Origin: Akkermansiaceae bacterium
GTDB lineage: Bacteria; Verrucomicrobiota; Verrucomicrobiia; Verrucomicrobiales; Akkermansiaceae
DNA: 64,000 bases
Assembly: GCA_947462835.1 (NCBI GenBank)
Contig: CANHQM010000006.1
Location: forward strand, 52,115-116,114
Direction of reading: 5' to 3'
The position numbers were made by a program, and so were the translations under genes. This document shows, in pieces, positions 29,453 to 38,883 of this stretch; position 1 is the stretch's first letter, and the number at the start of each line of letters is the position of its first letter. The notes below the pieces were generated by a model. The model saw only the letters and a list, made by a program, of their open reading frames with translations, ran no database searches and had not been told where the DNA came from.

Positions 29453-31870
29453 ATGCTGGTCCGGATTTTCACCCTCCCTTTGGCTCATGCCATCGGCTGC
29501 TTTGCCCTGCTCGCCGTCGCCGGCGAAACGATGGCGCAAAGCCAAACCCCAGCCGTGGGCGAGTCCGCGCAATTCGATCCGTCGGACGCTTATTTCCAAG
29601 CCTACCTCTCGATTCGCTCGTCCGAAGAACTCGAGTCTCGCGGCGACTTCGCCGGAGCCATGGAAAAGCTCAATCGAGCCCAACAACTCTTTGGCACCAT
29701 TCGCAAGTACTACCCGGAATGGAAACCGGAAATGATCGGCACCCGCAGCGAAAAAACCGGCGAGGCGATCTCACGAGTCAGTCAAAAAGCTCAAGACCAA
29801 CTCGACCGTAACCGCAACGCAGTTGCCGAACTGGAAGGTGGAATCAAACAAGCAGTGAAGTCGCCTGACGCGGTCGGAAAAAAACCTGTCGAAGCACCCG
29901 CCATCAAGGTGAACCCCACCAACGCCCGCGAAATCAGCGAAGCGGAAGCAGAGGTCAAACGCCTCCGCGAACTGTCGAAACGCAAAGAACAGGAATCATC
30001 CCGCAACAGCCAGCAAGTGGATGAGATGCGCCGCCAAAACGACGCGCTCAAGGCGGAGCTCAATGATGCGGAGGAAACCCTCCAGACGCTGCGCGGTAGA
30101 CTGGCCGAGGAAGTGGCGAAATCATCCAAAACCCAGTCGCCCATCATCAAGGACGACCCCGCCACCACCCAGCGCCTCGCCGCCGCCGAAGCAGAGGTCC
30201 GCCGGCTGCGCGAACTCGCATCACAAACTCCCGAACAAGCCTCACGCGAAAAATCACGCGCCGATGACATGCGTCGTCAAAACGACGCGCTCAAGGCCGA
30301 GCTCCGCAACGCTGAAGCGAACCTGCAATCCATGCGCGCGAAACTCGCCGCCGCTCCGGTGGAAAGCGAAGTGCAATCCCTTAATCAACGCATCGAATCA
30401 CTCGAACAGGAACGCCAGGCAATGTCCATGGCCCTCACCCAATCCCGCGGAAGCCACACGGAAGCACTTGGCCGAATCGCCACACTCGAAGCCGATATGA
30501 AGGTACTGCAACAAAAACGCAGCGACCTCGACCGCGATCTCAAAGCCGAACGCGAAGTCGCCAACTCGGTGGTCGCAGGACAACGCAAACAACTCGACCT
30601 GCTCGAAAAAGAACTCGGACAAAAAAATTCGGAACTCACCAAAGCCAACGAACGCATCGCCGGACTTTCAAAGGAGCTCGAGGAAAGCCGTCTGGCATTT
30701 TCCCAACTTCGCAGCGAACATGACACGCTCACCCAAGAGCGCGACCAGATGTCCGCCCTGCTGAAGCTTAACGAATCCGGCCGTATCCAGGACCTGATCG
30801 AACAAAACATGTCGCTCGCCAAAAACCTTCGCGAAGCGAACGAGAAGGTGGAAAGCCTCAGCCGCGAAACCAATGCCGACAAGGATGCCTACACCGACGC
30901 CCTTCGCGACCTCGCCATCGCAAAAACACAAATCAACAACCTCCAGCAGGAAAAACGCGAGCAGGACAGGCGACTAGCCGAACTCGAAGTGCGCCTGAAG
31001 TCCGAGGAAGCCGCCCTCGCAAAAGGCGAATCAAATGCAGACCCGGCGGAAACCGAGCTATTGCGCGAAATTATCAAGCGCCAACTGCGCACCCAGGAAC
31101 GCCGCCGCCAAGCCCGCGAACTGCTTGTCGATGCCGCACGCGAACTCGGCACCGGCGACGAGCGGATTTCCAAGGCCATCGAAATTTTCGACACCGGCGA
31201 AATCGCACTCTCGCCCGAAGAACAAAAACTCATCGCCGATCGACAAGTCGATGGCGAATTTGTTTCACCCTTCGCACGCGACCGCGCAACGGTCAGCCAA
31301 GCCACCAGCGAACTCAACCGCGACATCTCCGTCTTCGAGCGCACCGCGGAAAAATCCTTCGTCGCAGGTCGCCTTTTGCCGACCCGCGAGCTTTATGAAA
31401 TGATCATCGAACAACACCCGGGCCACACGCCATCACTTTGCAAACTCGGCGTGGTGCATCTGAAGCTGGATGACCCGATGGCGGCCATCGACGCCTTCCG
31501 ACGCGCAGTGGAACTTGAGGAAAACAACGCCTATGCCCACCGCATGCTTGGCTTTTCCTTCATGCGCATGGGCGACATACCCGCCGCCGACAAAGCCATC
31601 GCCAAAGCCGTCGAACTCGCGCCCAACGACGCAAAAAGCCAACTCCTTCTCGCAACCCTGCGCTACCGACTCGGACGCCTCGGCGAAGCGGAATCCCACT
31701 TCAAAGCCGCGATCAATGCCGACCCGATGCCCAGCGAGCCATACTACAACCTCGCTCTCCTCTGCTCGCGCGACCGCCGCTTCGAAGATGCGAAAAATTA
31801 CTATCAACAGGCACTCGAACGCGGCGCCCAACCGGATCCAAAACTCGAGGAAACCATCAGGAAACAATGA
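29453..31870 (+). CDS. secreted long coiled-coil protein with C-terminal TPR repeats (giant CpoB/YbgF-like architecture)
   Basis: N-terminal hydrophobic signal-like segment, about 550 aa of heptad-rich E/K/R/Q/L/A sequence, and a C-terminal TPR region (AYAHRMLGFSFMRMGD, YYNLALLCSRDRRFEDAKNYYQQAL). Confidence 0.7.
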   Translation: MLVRIFTLPLAHAIGCFALLAVAGETMAQSQTPAVGESAQFDPSDAYFQAYLSIRSSEELESRGDFAGAMEKLNRAQQLFGTIRKYYPEWKPEMIGTRSEKTGEAISRVSQKAQDQLDRNRNAVAELEGGIKQAVKSPDAVGKKPVEAPAIKVNPTNAREISEAEAEVKRLRELSKRKEQESSRNSQQVDEMRRQNDALKAELNDAEETLQTLRGRLAEEVAKSSKTQSPIIKDDPATTQRLAAAEAEVRRLRELASQTPEQASREKSRADDMRRQNDALKAELRNAEANLQSMRAKLAAAPVESEVQSLNQRIESLEQERQAMSMALTQSRGSHTEALGRIATLEADMKVLQQKRSDLDRDLKAEREVANSVVAGQRKQLDLLEKELGQKNSELTKANERIAGLSKELEESRLAFSQLRSEHDTLTQERDQMSALLKLNESGRIQDLIEQNMSLAKNLREANEKVESLSRETNADKDAYTDALRDLAIAKTQINNLQQEKREQDRRLAELEVRLKSEEAALAKGESNADPAETELLREIIKRQLRTQERRRQARELLVDAARELGTGDERISKAIEIFDTGEIALSPEEQKLIADRQVDGEFVSPFARDRATVSQATSELNRDISVFERTAEKSFVAGRLLPTRELYEMIIEQHPGHTPSLCKLGVVHLKLDDPMAAIDAFRRAVELEENNAYAHRMLGFSFMRMGDIPAADKAIAKAVELAPNDAKSQLLLATLRYRLGRLGEAESHFKAAINADPMPSEPYYNLALLCSRDRRFEDAKNYYQQALERGAQPDPKLEETIRKQ
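29945..30350 (+). repeat. internal tandem duplication inside the coiled-coil gene (two units of about 165 nt, period 243 nt)
   Basis: EAEVKRLRELS...DEMRRQNDALKAELNDAEETLQTLRGRLA compares with EAEVRRLRELA...DDMRRQNDALKAELRNAEANLQSMRAKLA. They share the DNA core CAAAACGACGCGCTCAAGGC.GAGCTC. Confidence 0.8.
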
Positions 31871-32445
31871 TTTCCCCACGCCACATGCTTTCTGTCATGC
31901 TGGTCATCACGGCCTCGTGCTCAAATGACACAAAGGTCGCCGAATCCACCCCCACCCACAAACCCTTCAGCCAGCGGCTCAACGAAAAGAGCGGCTACAG
32001 CCAAGACTCCGAGGGGAATTGGAAAGTCCAAGGAGACAAACGCAGCTCGTTTGAGAGCCAAGGGGCATCTCCATATTTCCAGGGCGAATATCAAAAAAAT
32101 GCCTATAAAACAGGCGAATACGCGAAAAAATCCTGGTGGGGAAACAAGGACTACGGCCGCAAAAACTACGATGGCAACACCGATGGCGGCCGCTTCATGA
32201 CCCCATCCGCACTCGATGGCAAAAACGCGCGCGAGGCCAGCACGACCGCGAAACTCCCCGGCACCTACGAAACCAAAAATTTCGCCACCAACGAGGCCAG
32301 GGAAGCAGGCACGCAAAACATTTCAAAAACCTCCGATGCCGAAACCGACATCCGTCGGCGCGTTTTCCAAGAGCCGCAAATCATCGACTGGCGCGAACAA
32401 CGCTCACTCAGCCTCGAGCAATCGAAAGGCCTTCTCGGGCGTTAA
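31867..32445 (+). CDS. lipoprotein, polar low-complexity, function unknown
   Basis: ATGA overlap with the upstream gene. Lipobox VITASC. The mature part is rich in K/N/G/Y/E with no recognised domain. Confidence 0.6.
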   Translation: MISPRHMLSVMLVITASCSNDTKVAESTPTHKPFSQRLNEKSGYSQDSEGNWKVQGDKRSSFESQGASPYFQGEYQKNAYKTGEYAKKSWWGNKDYGRKNYDGNTDGGRFMTPSALDGKNAREASTTAKLPGTYETKNFATNEAREAGTQNISKTSDAETDIRRRVFQEPQIIDWREQRSLSLEQSKGLLGR

Positions 32446-32450
32446 GCTTT

Positions 32451-33113
32451 TTACTCGATCGCCTGCGCAAGTGAATCCAACAGGATTTTTTTCATGGTCT
32501 CCCAACGCAGGGGTTTGCCCTCGAGAAAGAAACTCTGCGAAACCTCCAAACGAATCTGGGCGTATCGCGCCGGATCGTATTCACGCGCCAAGGCCCCAGC
32601 AAAGGCACCGGTGTCGGCTTCGCGAACGCAGCGCACATCAACATCGCTCGCCCTCAACCTCGAGCTCCACTCGCCCGCCAAAGACTCGCCTAACACCGAC
32701 TTCTCGGGTGTAACCAGACTAACCCTGCCCGCATTGACGGCATCCGTGTGGACCATGACATGCACCACACTTTCATATCTACGCAGATCCTCCGCGATAC
32801 GCTGACGCAATTGCTGGCGGAAAATCCTCTCATGCCTGTCCGCCATCCTCAAACGCATGCTCTCGGAAATTTTTTCGGAAAAGCGGCTCCACCTTTCATC
32901 GCCATCCTTTTCCAAATCAATCAGCAACCGAGTCACATCGCCATGCACAAGAGGCGTGCGGAACCTCATCGCGAAGGCCTGACTCAAATTCAACGCCCCA
33001 GGCTCCCATCCCTCGTTTGAAGTCAGGACTTCCTCACTGCCGCGAAAATATTCGCGATATGCCTCCGGCACCGTGCAGGTCGCATGCTCACAACTGAAAA
33101 GATAGGCGATCAT
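32451..33113 (-). CDS. N-formylglutamate amidohydrolase (FGase) family protein
   Basis: N-terminal FSCEHATCTVPE resembles the FGase-family EH...P block. 220 aa. Confidence 0.6.
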   Translation of the reverse strand: MIAYLFSCEHATCTVPEAYREYFRGSEEVLTSNEGWEPGALNLSQAFAMRFRTPLVHGDVTRLLIDLEKDGDERWSRFSEKISESMRLRMADRHERIFRQQLRQRIAEDLRRYESVVHVMVHTDAVNAGRVSLVTPEKSVLGESLAGEWSSRLRASDVDVRCVREADTGAFAGALAREYDPARYAQIRLEVSQSFFLEGKPLRWETMKKILLDSLAQAIE

Positions 33114-33241
33114 CAGCTCTCAGGGGCTATCGTCGCCATGCATACACGCCGATTTCTCCGATGGCAATCCTTCATCGCGTTTGGACTAGCGGCGGATTTT
33201 TCTCGTCCTCGCGCCCCCCTCTCCCTCACCCTCCCCCCGCA

Positions 33242-34363
33242 ATGCTCAAAGCCGGAATCGTAGGACTGCCCAATGTCGGGAAATCAACCCTCTTCAACGC
33301 CGTCACCCGCACCCGCAAGGCGGAGGCGGCCAATTACCCCTTCTGCACGATCGACCCGAATGTCGGCATCGTGACCGTGCCCGACCCGCGTCTGGCCGTG
33401 CTCTCGAAAATCTCCGGCTCGCAAAAATTGGTCCCCACGGCGATCGAGTTTGTCGACATCGCCGGGCTCGTGAAGGGCGCCTCGGAAGGTGCCGGACTCG
33501 GCAACCAGTTCCTTGCCAACATCCGCGAGACCGACGCGATCGTTCAAGTGGTCCGTTGTTTTGAAAACGACGACATCATTCACGAACTCGGCACGGTCGA
33601 CCCGATCCGTGACATCGAGATCATCAACTCGGAGCTCATCCTCGCCGACATGGCGGCCCTTGAAAAACGCCGCTCGTCTCGCGAAAAGAAAGCCAAGGGC
33701 GGTGACAAGGAAGCCAAAAAGGAAGTGGAGCTCATCGATGTGATCATGCCTCACCTCGATCAAGGCAAGCCGGCCCTCACTCTCGAATTCAGCGATGAAG
33801 ACCAGGCGGTCGTCCGCGAATTTTTCCTGCTCTCATCCAAGAAAACAATCTACGCCTGCAATGTTTCCGAAGACGAACTCGCCGGTGCGATCGAAAATCC
33901 GGACTCACACCCGCAAGTCGCCAAGGTTCGCCGCTATGCCGCCGAACACAGCGGCTCGGAAGCGGTGGTGATCTCCGCGCGCATCGAAGAAGAGCTCAGC
34001 GAAATGCCGCCCGAGGAAGCACTCGAGTTCCTCCGCGAAATGGGCGTCAATGATTCTGGCGTTTCATCTTTGATTCAAGCGGTCTATCACCTGCTCGACC
34101 TTCGCACCTACATCACCACCGGCGTGCAGGAAACCCGCGCATGGACGATTCACGAGGGCGACAAAGCCCCCGCCGCCGCTGGAGTGATCCACACGGATTT
34201 CGAACGCGGCTTCATCGCCGCCGAAGTCGTGCACTACGACGACCTCGTTACGCTCGGCACAAAAAATGCCGCCAAGGAAGCCGGCAAACTCCGCATCGAA
34301 GGCAAGGAATATGTCGTGAAGGACGGCGATGTGATCGAGTTCCGCTTCAATGTGAGCAAGTAA
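33242..34363 (+). CDS. ychF: ribosome-binding ATPase YchF
   Basis: [17 protein letters not shown]1 motif, [10 protein letters not shown], and C-terminal TGS block [23 protein letters not shown] 33242 verified. Confidence 0.92.
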   Translation: MLKAGIVGLPNVGKSTLFNAVTRTRKAEAANYPFCTIDPNVGIVTVPDPRLAVLSKISGSQKLVPTAIEFVDIAGLVKGASEGAGLGNQFLANIRETDAIVQVVRCFENDDIIHELGTVDPIRDIEIINSELILADMAALEKRRSSREKKAKGGDKEAKKEVELIDVIMPHLDQGKPALTLEFSDEDQAVVREFFLLSSKKTIYACNVSEDELAGAIENPDSHPQVAKVRRYAAEHSGSEAVVISARIEEELSEMPPEEALEFLREMGVNDSGVSSLIQAVYHLLDLRTYITTGVQETRAWTIHEGDKAPAAAGVIHTDFERGFIAAEVVHYDDLVTLGTKNAAKEAGKLRIEGKEYVVKDGDVIEFRFNVSK

Positions 34364-34381
34364 CACCCGCCGCGCGCCGAA

Positions 34382-34834
34382 TCATAAAGGCACCTTCATT
34401 CCCGAAGCCTCAGCCAAGCGTTTCTGGTTGGCATCGAAGGTGAGAAACACCTCCGACCCGAGGTGAATCGCTGTAGCAACATGCAAAATGTCCGTCATGC
34501 GATGGCCGTTTTCTTCGGTGTGTTTTTCGCTCAGCATGTCTGCAATGCGATGCACATCCGCCCAGTCGGGTGCGGTCATTTCAAACACCCCTTGCGAAAG
34601 ATCCGACTGCAAAGCACGCAACATCGCCATGCCTTCAGTTTTCGCAAAACCCTTGCTGCGATCCAACGCAAACAACCTCATCTGAAACCGGATCGACTGG
34701 CGAAACTCGAGCAAGAGGAGACTGGATACGGCGAGCGGACTTGAAAGGGTTTCATGATAGGCATCCGCACGCCGGGAGTTGCTCTGCTCGCGGTACTTCG
34801 CACACAGAAACGATGTGTCGGGAAAAACGCTCAT
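34382..34834 (-). CDS. vapC: PIN-domain toxin (VapC family)
   Basis: N-terminal DTSFL acidic motif, 150 aa, and ATGA overlap with the upstream antitoxin gene. Confidence 0.75.
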   Translation of the reverse strand: MSVFPDTSFLCAKYREQSNSRRADAYHETLSSPLAVSSLLLLEFRQSIRFQMRLFALDRSKGFAKTEGMAMLRALQSDLSQGVFEMTAPDWADVHRIADMLSEKHTEENGHRMTDILHVATAIHLGSEVFLTFDANQKRLAEASGMKVPL

Positions 34835-35085
34835 CCCTCCTCACCCTCCAATTCAGCTTCACGCATGGCACGCACCTCTTCATCCGAAAAGACACGGTCG
34901 CCCCATATCGCCTTCCTCCGAGCCTCCCAATCAACCTTGGGCACCAGATTTTTCTTTTTCCCCGCCGCCGACAAATAACCGATCGGCTTGCCGCGCTTCT
35001 CAATGCGGATCTCCTCACCCTCGCCAAGCCATGCCTCGACCTTGGAAAAGTTGTTTCTCAAATCCCTGACGGTGACAGTTTTCAT
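34831..35085 (-). CDS. vapB: type II antitoxin (Phd/YefM-like or VapB-like)
   Basis: [16 protein letters not shown] start typical of Phd/YefM-fold antitoxins. 84 aa, translationally coupled to the PIN gene. Confidence 0.7.
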   Translation of the reverse strand: MKTVTVRDLRNNFSKVEAWLGEGEEIRIEKRGKPIGYLSAAGKKKNLVPKVDWEARRKAIWGDRVFSDEEVRAMREAELEGEEG

Positions 35086-35195
35086 GTGGACAAATTATGT
35101 CCACATTTTCTGCAGGTCAAATTTTTTCGCCCGAATCCGCCTCGGCGAAGCTTCAACCTTGCGGGCCAAAGCAGGTCCATGGCTTGATTGGGCGC

Positions 35196-36008
35196 ATGGA
35201 TACCTACCTCGGTCTGCTGCGTGATGTGATGAAAAACGGCGAACACCGCGCAGACCGCACCGGCACCGGCACGATCTCGGTATTCGGCCGCCAAGTCCGC
35301 TACGACCTGCGCCAAGGATTTCCCTGCATCACGACCAAAAAACTCCATCTCCGCTCGATCATTCACGAACTACTCTGGTTCCTGCGGGGCGAAACCAATA
35401 CCCGCTACCTCAAGGAAAATGGCGTCACGATTTGGGACGAATGGGCCGATGCCGATGGTGAGCTCGGCCCGGTCTACGGCAAGCAATGGCGTTCATGGCC
35501 AGCGCCCGATGGTCGCACGATCGACCAGATCCACCTGCTGATCGAAGGACTCAAGGGCAACCCGCACTCACGCCGCCACATCGTTTCGGCATGGAATGTC
35601 GGGCAAATCCACGAAATGGCTCTGCCCCCCTGCCACCTGCTCTTCCAGTTCTATGTCCACGAACCCCGCGACAAGGGCCGCCCGGGCCTGTCCTGCCAGC
35701 TCTACCAACGCAGTGCCGACCTCTTCCTCGGCGTCCCTTTCAACATCGCGTCCTACGCCCTCCTCACTCACATGATCGCCCATGTCTGCGACTTCGAAGT
35801 CCGCGACTTCGTCCACACCTTCGGCGACCTTCACCTCTACACCAACCACCACGAACAAGCGGAACTCCAACTCACCCGCGAACCAAAACCGCTGCCGCAA
35901 ATTTGGATCAACCCCGATGTGAAAGATATCGACGCCTTCACCTTCGACGACATCCAACTCGAAAACTACGAGTCACACCCGCACATCAAGGCGCCAGTCG
36001 CGGTGTGA
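35196..36008 (+). CDS. thyA: thymidylate synthase (ThyA type)
   Basis: RTGTGT, FLRGETN, WNVG, LPPCH and [19 protein letters not shown] motifs. ATG 35196 verified in frame. Confidence 0.93.
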   Translation: MDTYLGLLRDVMKNGEHRADRTGTGTISVFGRQVRYDLRQGFPCITTKKLHLRSIIHELLWFLRGETNTRYLKENGVTIWDEWADADGELGPVYGKQWRSWPAPDGRTIDQIHLLIEGLKGNPHSRRHIVSAWNVGQIHEMALPPCHLLFQFYVHEPRDKGRPGLSCQLYQRSADLFLGVPFNIASYALLTHMIAHVCDFEVRDFVHTFGDLHLYTNHHEQAELQLTREPKPLPQIWINPDVKDIDAFTFDDIQLENYESHPHIKAPVAV

Positions 36009-36045
36009 AAAGCGCAGGCATCCATCCAACTCAAAACACAGGCCG

Positions 36046-37044
36046 GTGATCGAAGTCATTTATCAAAAAGGCCTCTACCTGCCGGAGCTCGATCTCTGGT
36101 TCGATCCACGCTCCCCAAAGCCCCGCGCCTTCATCTCCCACGCACACGCCGACCATGTCGCGCGCCACAGCTCGACGATCTGTTCCGAGGTCACCGCACG
36201 ACTGCTGCGCGACCGCTTCCGCATCTCTGCCGAACGAGTCGAACCCCAGCCGTTTCACTCATCATTCACCGACAAAAATTTTCGCATCACGCTGCTCCCC
36301 GCCGGCCACATCGCCGGCTCGGCCATGATCCACATCACGCGCCTATCGGATCAGGCCAGCCTGCTTTACACCGGCGATTTCAAAAACCGCCCGAGCCGCA
36401 CCGCCGAGCCCATCGCATTCGCACAGGCCGACACCCTCATCATGGAAACCACCTTCGGCCTGCCACGCCACCGGTTTCCTGAAACATCCGAAGTGGAAAA
36501 TGAAATCCTCACATTCGTTCGCGAAAGTTTCGCTCAAAACAAAACTCCGGTCCTCCTCGGTTACTCGCTCGGCAAATCCCAGGAAGCGCTCGCGCTGATG
36601 CACGAACACGACATTCCCACACTGCTTCACCCGGCCGCCGCCAGCATGACTCGATCCTGCATCGCTGCCGGAACCCCGCAGTTGCCCGAGCCGCTCGAGT
36701 TCGACGGACACGCGCCCGAAGGCCATGTCATCATCGCACCACCGCATGTGATGCGCTCAAAAAAACTCCTCGGTCTCAAAGCCAAACGCACCGCGATGCT
36801 CAGCGGCTGGGCACTGCAACCCGGCGCAAAATTTCGCTACGGCGTCGATGAGGTCATCCCCTTTTCCGATCACGCCGACCACCCCGGTCTCATGCACTGC
36901 GTCGAATCCGTACGCCCCAAACGCGTCATCACCATCCACGGCTACACCCGTGAGTTCGCCGCCGAACTTCGCGCACTCGGCATCGAAGCATGGTCCGCAA
37001 ACGGCAACGACCAATTGGAATTTCATTTCAACCGAAAATCATAA
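36046..37044 (+). CDS. MBL-fold beta-CASP exonuclease, resembling the ligase-associated DNA damage response exonuclease
   Basis: GLYLPELDLWFDP...AFISHAHADH metallo-beta-lactamase motif, about 330 aa, and C-terminal FSDHADHPGL. GTG start. Confidence 0.6.
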   Translation: MIEVIYQKGLYLPELDLWFDPRSPKPRAFISHAHADHVARHSSTICSEVTARLLRDRFRISAERVEPQPFHSSFTDKNFRITLLPAGHIAGSAMIHITRLSDQASLLYTGDFKNRPSRTAEPIAFAQADTLIMETTFGLPRHRFPETSEVENEILTFVRESFAQNKTPVLLGYSLGKSQEALALMHEHDIPTLLHPAAASMTRSCIAAGTPQLPEPLEFDGHAPEGHVIIAPPHVMRSKKLLGLKAKRTAMLSGWALQPGAKFRYGVDEVIPFSDHADHPGLMHCVESVRPKRVITIHGYTREFAAELRALGIEAWSANGNDQLEFHFNRKS

Positions 37045-37056
37045 ATCCCCTAACCA

Positions 37057-37785
37057 ATGCGACTCACATTCAAACTCACCACCTGCTTTCCAATCATCGC
37101 CCTCTTCATCACTTCTTGCGCCACGGATACATCATCATCTTCCGGCCGCGACTACTGGGGCCATCGCCCCGGACCGAAAAATTTCAAAACCGTCATCATC
37201 GATGCCGGCCACGGCGGCAAGGACCCGGGCGCCATCAGCCCCCACACCTGCCAAAAGGAAAAAGATCTCACCCTCGACATGGCCAAACGCATCAAGGCCG
37301 AACTCGGCGGATTCAAAACCATCCTGCTGCGCGACCACGACCACTTCATCGAACTCGATGATCGCGTCGCCCTTGCCAACAAGCGCGGCGATGCGGTCCT
37401 CATCAGCGTCCATTTCAACAGCGGCCCCTCCCATGTGCGCGGACCCGAAACCTATTTCTGGCGAGTCGACAGCCACGGCCTCGCCACCCGCTTGCAACGC
37501 GCCATGAGTGCTGCAAGCCCCGCCGAAGAAAACAACCGCGGCCTGGTACGCCGCCGCCTGCGCCTCACCCGCAACCCGGAAATCCCCTGCGTCCTCATCG
37601 AATGCGGCTACCTCAGCAACTCCGGCGATAGCCGCCTCGCCGCCGACCCGGCCTACCGCCAAAAACTCGCAGCCCACATCGCCAAGGCAATCCGCACCCA
37701 GTCATCCATCGGCGATTCCGGCACCGGCCCACTGCCCCGCCCGATCAACAGCCCGCCCAGCCGACCCACCGACGCGAAGGAGTGA
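37057..37785 (+). CDS. N-acetylmuramoyl-L-alanine amidase (Amidase_3) lipoprotein
   Basis: Lipobox FITSC. VIIDAGHGGKDPGA, LISVHFNS and IECGYLSN blocks. Confidence 0.85.
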   Translation: MRLTFKLTTCFPIIALFITSCATDTSSSSGRDYWGHRPGPKNFKTVIIDAGHGGKDPGAISPHTCQKEKDLTLDMAKRIKAELGGFKTILLRDHDHFIELDDRVALANKRGDAVLISVHFNSGPSHVRGPETYFWRVDSHGLATRLQRAMSAASPAEENNRGLVRRRLRLTRNPEIPCVLIECGYLSNSGDSRLAADPAYRQKLAAHIAKAIRTQSSIGDSGTGPLPRPINSPPSRPTDAKE

Positions 37786-37863
37786 TTTTTCCCGAAATTC
37801 CCACCCCCGCACCCCATCTCCACATTTGCTGAAAATTTGAGGAAAATTCGCGTGATTTCCCGA

Positions 37864-37892
37864 TTGACAGCCACCAGCCGGATCCCTAGTTT
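37864..37892 (+). promoter_or_regulatory. sigma70-like promoter candidate for rplM-rpsI
   Basis: TTGACA (37864-37869), a 17-nt spacer, then TAGTTT (37887-37892), about 50 nt upstream of the rplM ATG. Confidence 0.45.
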
Positions 37893-37943
37893 GCGCCCCC
37901 CGCGCGACCTCAATCATGGTCGCAACCACCTCCTTACAAGCAC

Positions 37944-38375
37944 ATGAAGACATTTTCCGCCAAGCCCCAAGAAGTCGAGCGCAAGTGGTATGTGATCGAC
38001 GCCAAGGGCAAAGTCCTCGGCCAGGTCGCTGTCGAAGCCGCCCGCCTCCTCCGCGGCAAGCACAAGCCAACCTTCACCACCCACATCGACACCGGCGACT
38101 TCGTGGTCGTCATCAATGCCGATCAAGTCGTGCTCACAGGCGCCAAGGAAAACGCCAAGATCTACACCCGCTTCTCGGGATATGTCGGCGGACAAAAAGT
38201 CGAAACCCCGCGCATGGTCCGCGAACGCCGCCCAATCCTTCTCGTCGAGCGCGCCGTCTATGGCATGCTTCCCAAGACCCGCCTCGGCAAAGCCCAATAC
38301 TCCAAACTCAAGGTCTACGCAGGTGCCGAACACCCGCACGAAGCACAACAACCCGTCGCATACGCCGTCCGCTAA
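37944..38375 (+). CDS. rplM: 50S ribosomal protein L13
   Basis: [16 protein letters not shown] and [12 protein letters not shown] blocks. 143 aa. Confidence 0.95.
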   Translation: MKTFSAKPQEVERKWYVIDAKGKVLGQVAVEAARLLRGKHKPTFTTHIDTGDFVVVINADQVVLTGAKENAKIYTRFSGYVGGQKVETPRMVRERRPILLVERAVYGMLPKTRLGKAQYSKLKVYAGAEHPHEAQQPVAYAVR

Positions 38376-38397
38376 GCGCACTTAATTTTCTCCTACC

Positions 38398-38790
38398 ATG
38401 TCCACCACCTCACCAAGCGCCACCGGCCGCCGCAAAACCGCAGTCTCGAGAGTCTGGCTCACCGAAGGCACCGGCCAAATCATCATCAACTCGCGCCCCT
38501 TCGAAGACTACCTCCCCACAATCGAACTTCAAAACGCGATCCTCGCCCCCTTCCAAGCGACCTCGCTGACCAACAAGTACGATGTCAATGTGGTCGTCAA
38601 AGGCGGTGGCATCCACGCCCAAGCCGTTTCGATCCGCCACGCGATCTCCCGCAGCCTCACCCAGGTCGATCCCGAGAATCGCAAGGTCATCAAGCCACTC
38701 GGTTTCCTCACCCGCGACCCGCGCATGAAGGAACGCAAAAAGTCCGGTCAGCCCGGTGCCCGCAAGCGCTTCCAATTCTCCAAGCGCTGA
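38398..38790 (+). CDS. rpsI: 30S ribosomal protein S9
   Basis: GRRKTAV, GGGIHAQA and a C-terminal RKRFQFSKR tail. 130 aa. Confidence 0.95.
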   Translation: MSTTSPSATGRRKTAVSRVWLTEGTGQIIINSRPFEDYLPTIELQNAILAPFQATSLTNKYDVNVVVKGGGIHAQAVSIRHAISRSLTQVDPENRKVIKPLGFLTRDPRMKERKKSGQPGARKRFQFSKR

Positions 38791-38813
38791 TCCCTGCGAT
38801 CACATCTCTCAAC

Positions 38814-38848
38814 AAAAAAACCGCAACCCCATGGGCTGCGGTTTTTTT
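38814..38848. terminator. bidirectional rho-independent terminator between rpsI and the convergent FN3 gene
   Basis: AAAAAAA-CCGCAACCC-cat-GGGCTGCGG-TTTTTTT: a 9-bp stem with one mismatch, an A-run on the left and a T-run on the right. Confidence 0.75.
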
Positions 38849-38883
38849 GTTTCAATGCGCGGAACTCAACGCACTTCGGAGGA

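Noticed and set aside
29945-30350. Tandem repeats as a possible CRISPR or VNTR array
   Set aside because: There are only two units. They are in frame inside a coiled-coil CDS and diverged at most positions. There is no spacer-repeat organisation and there are no cas genes.
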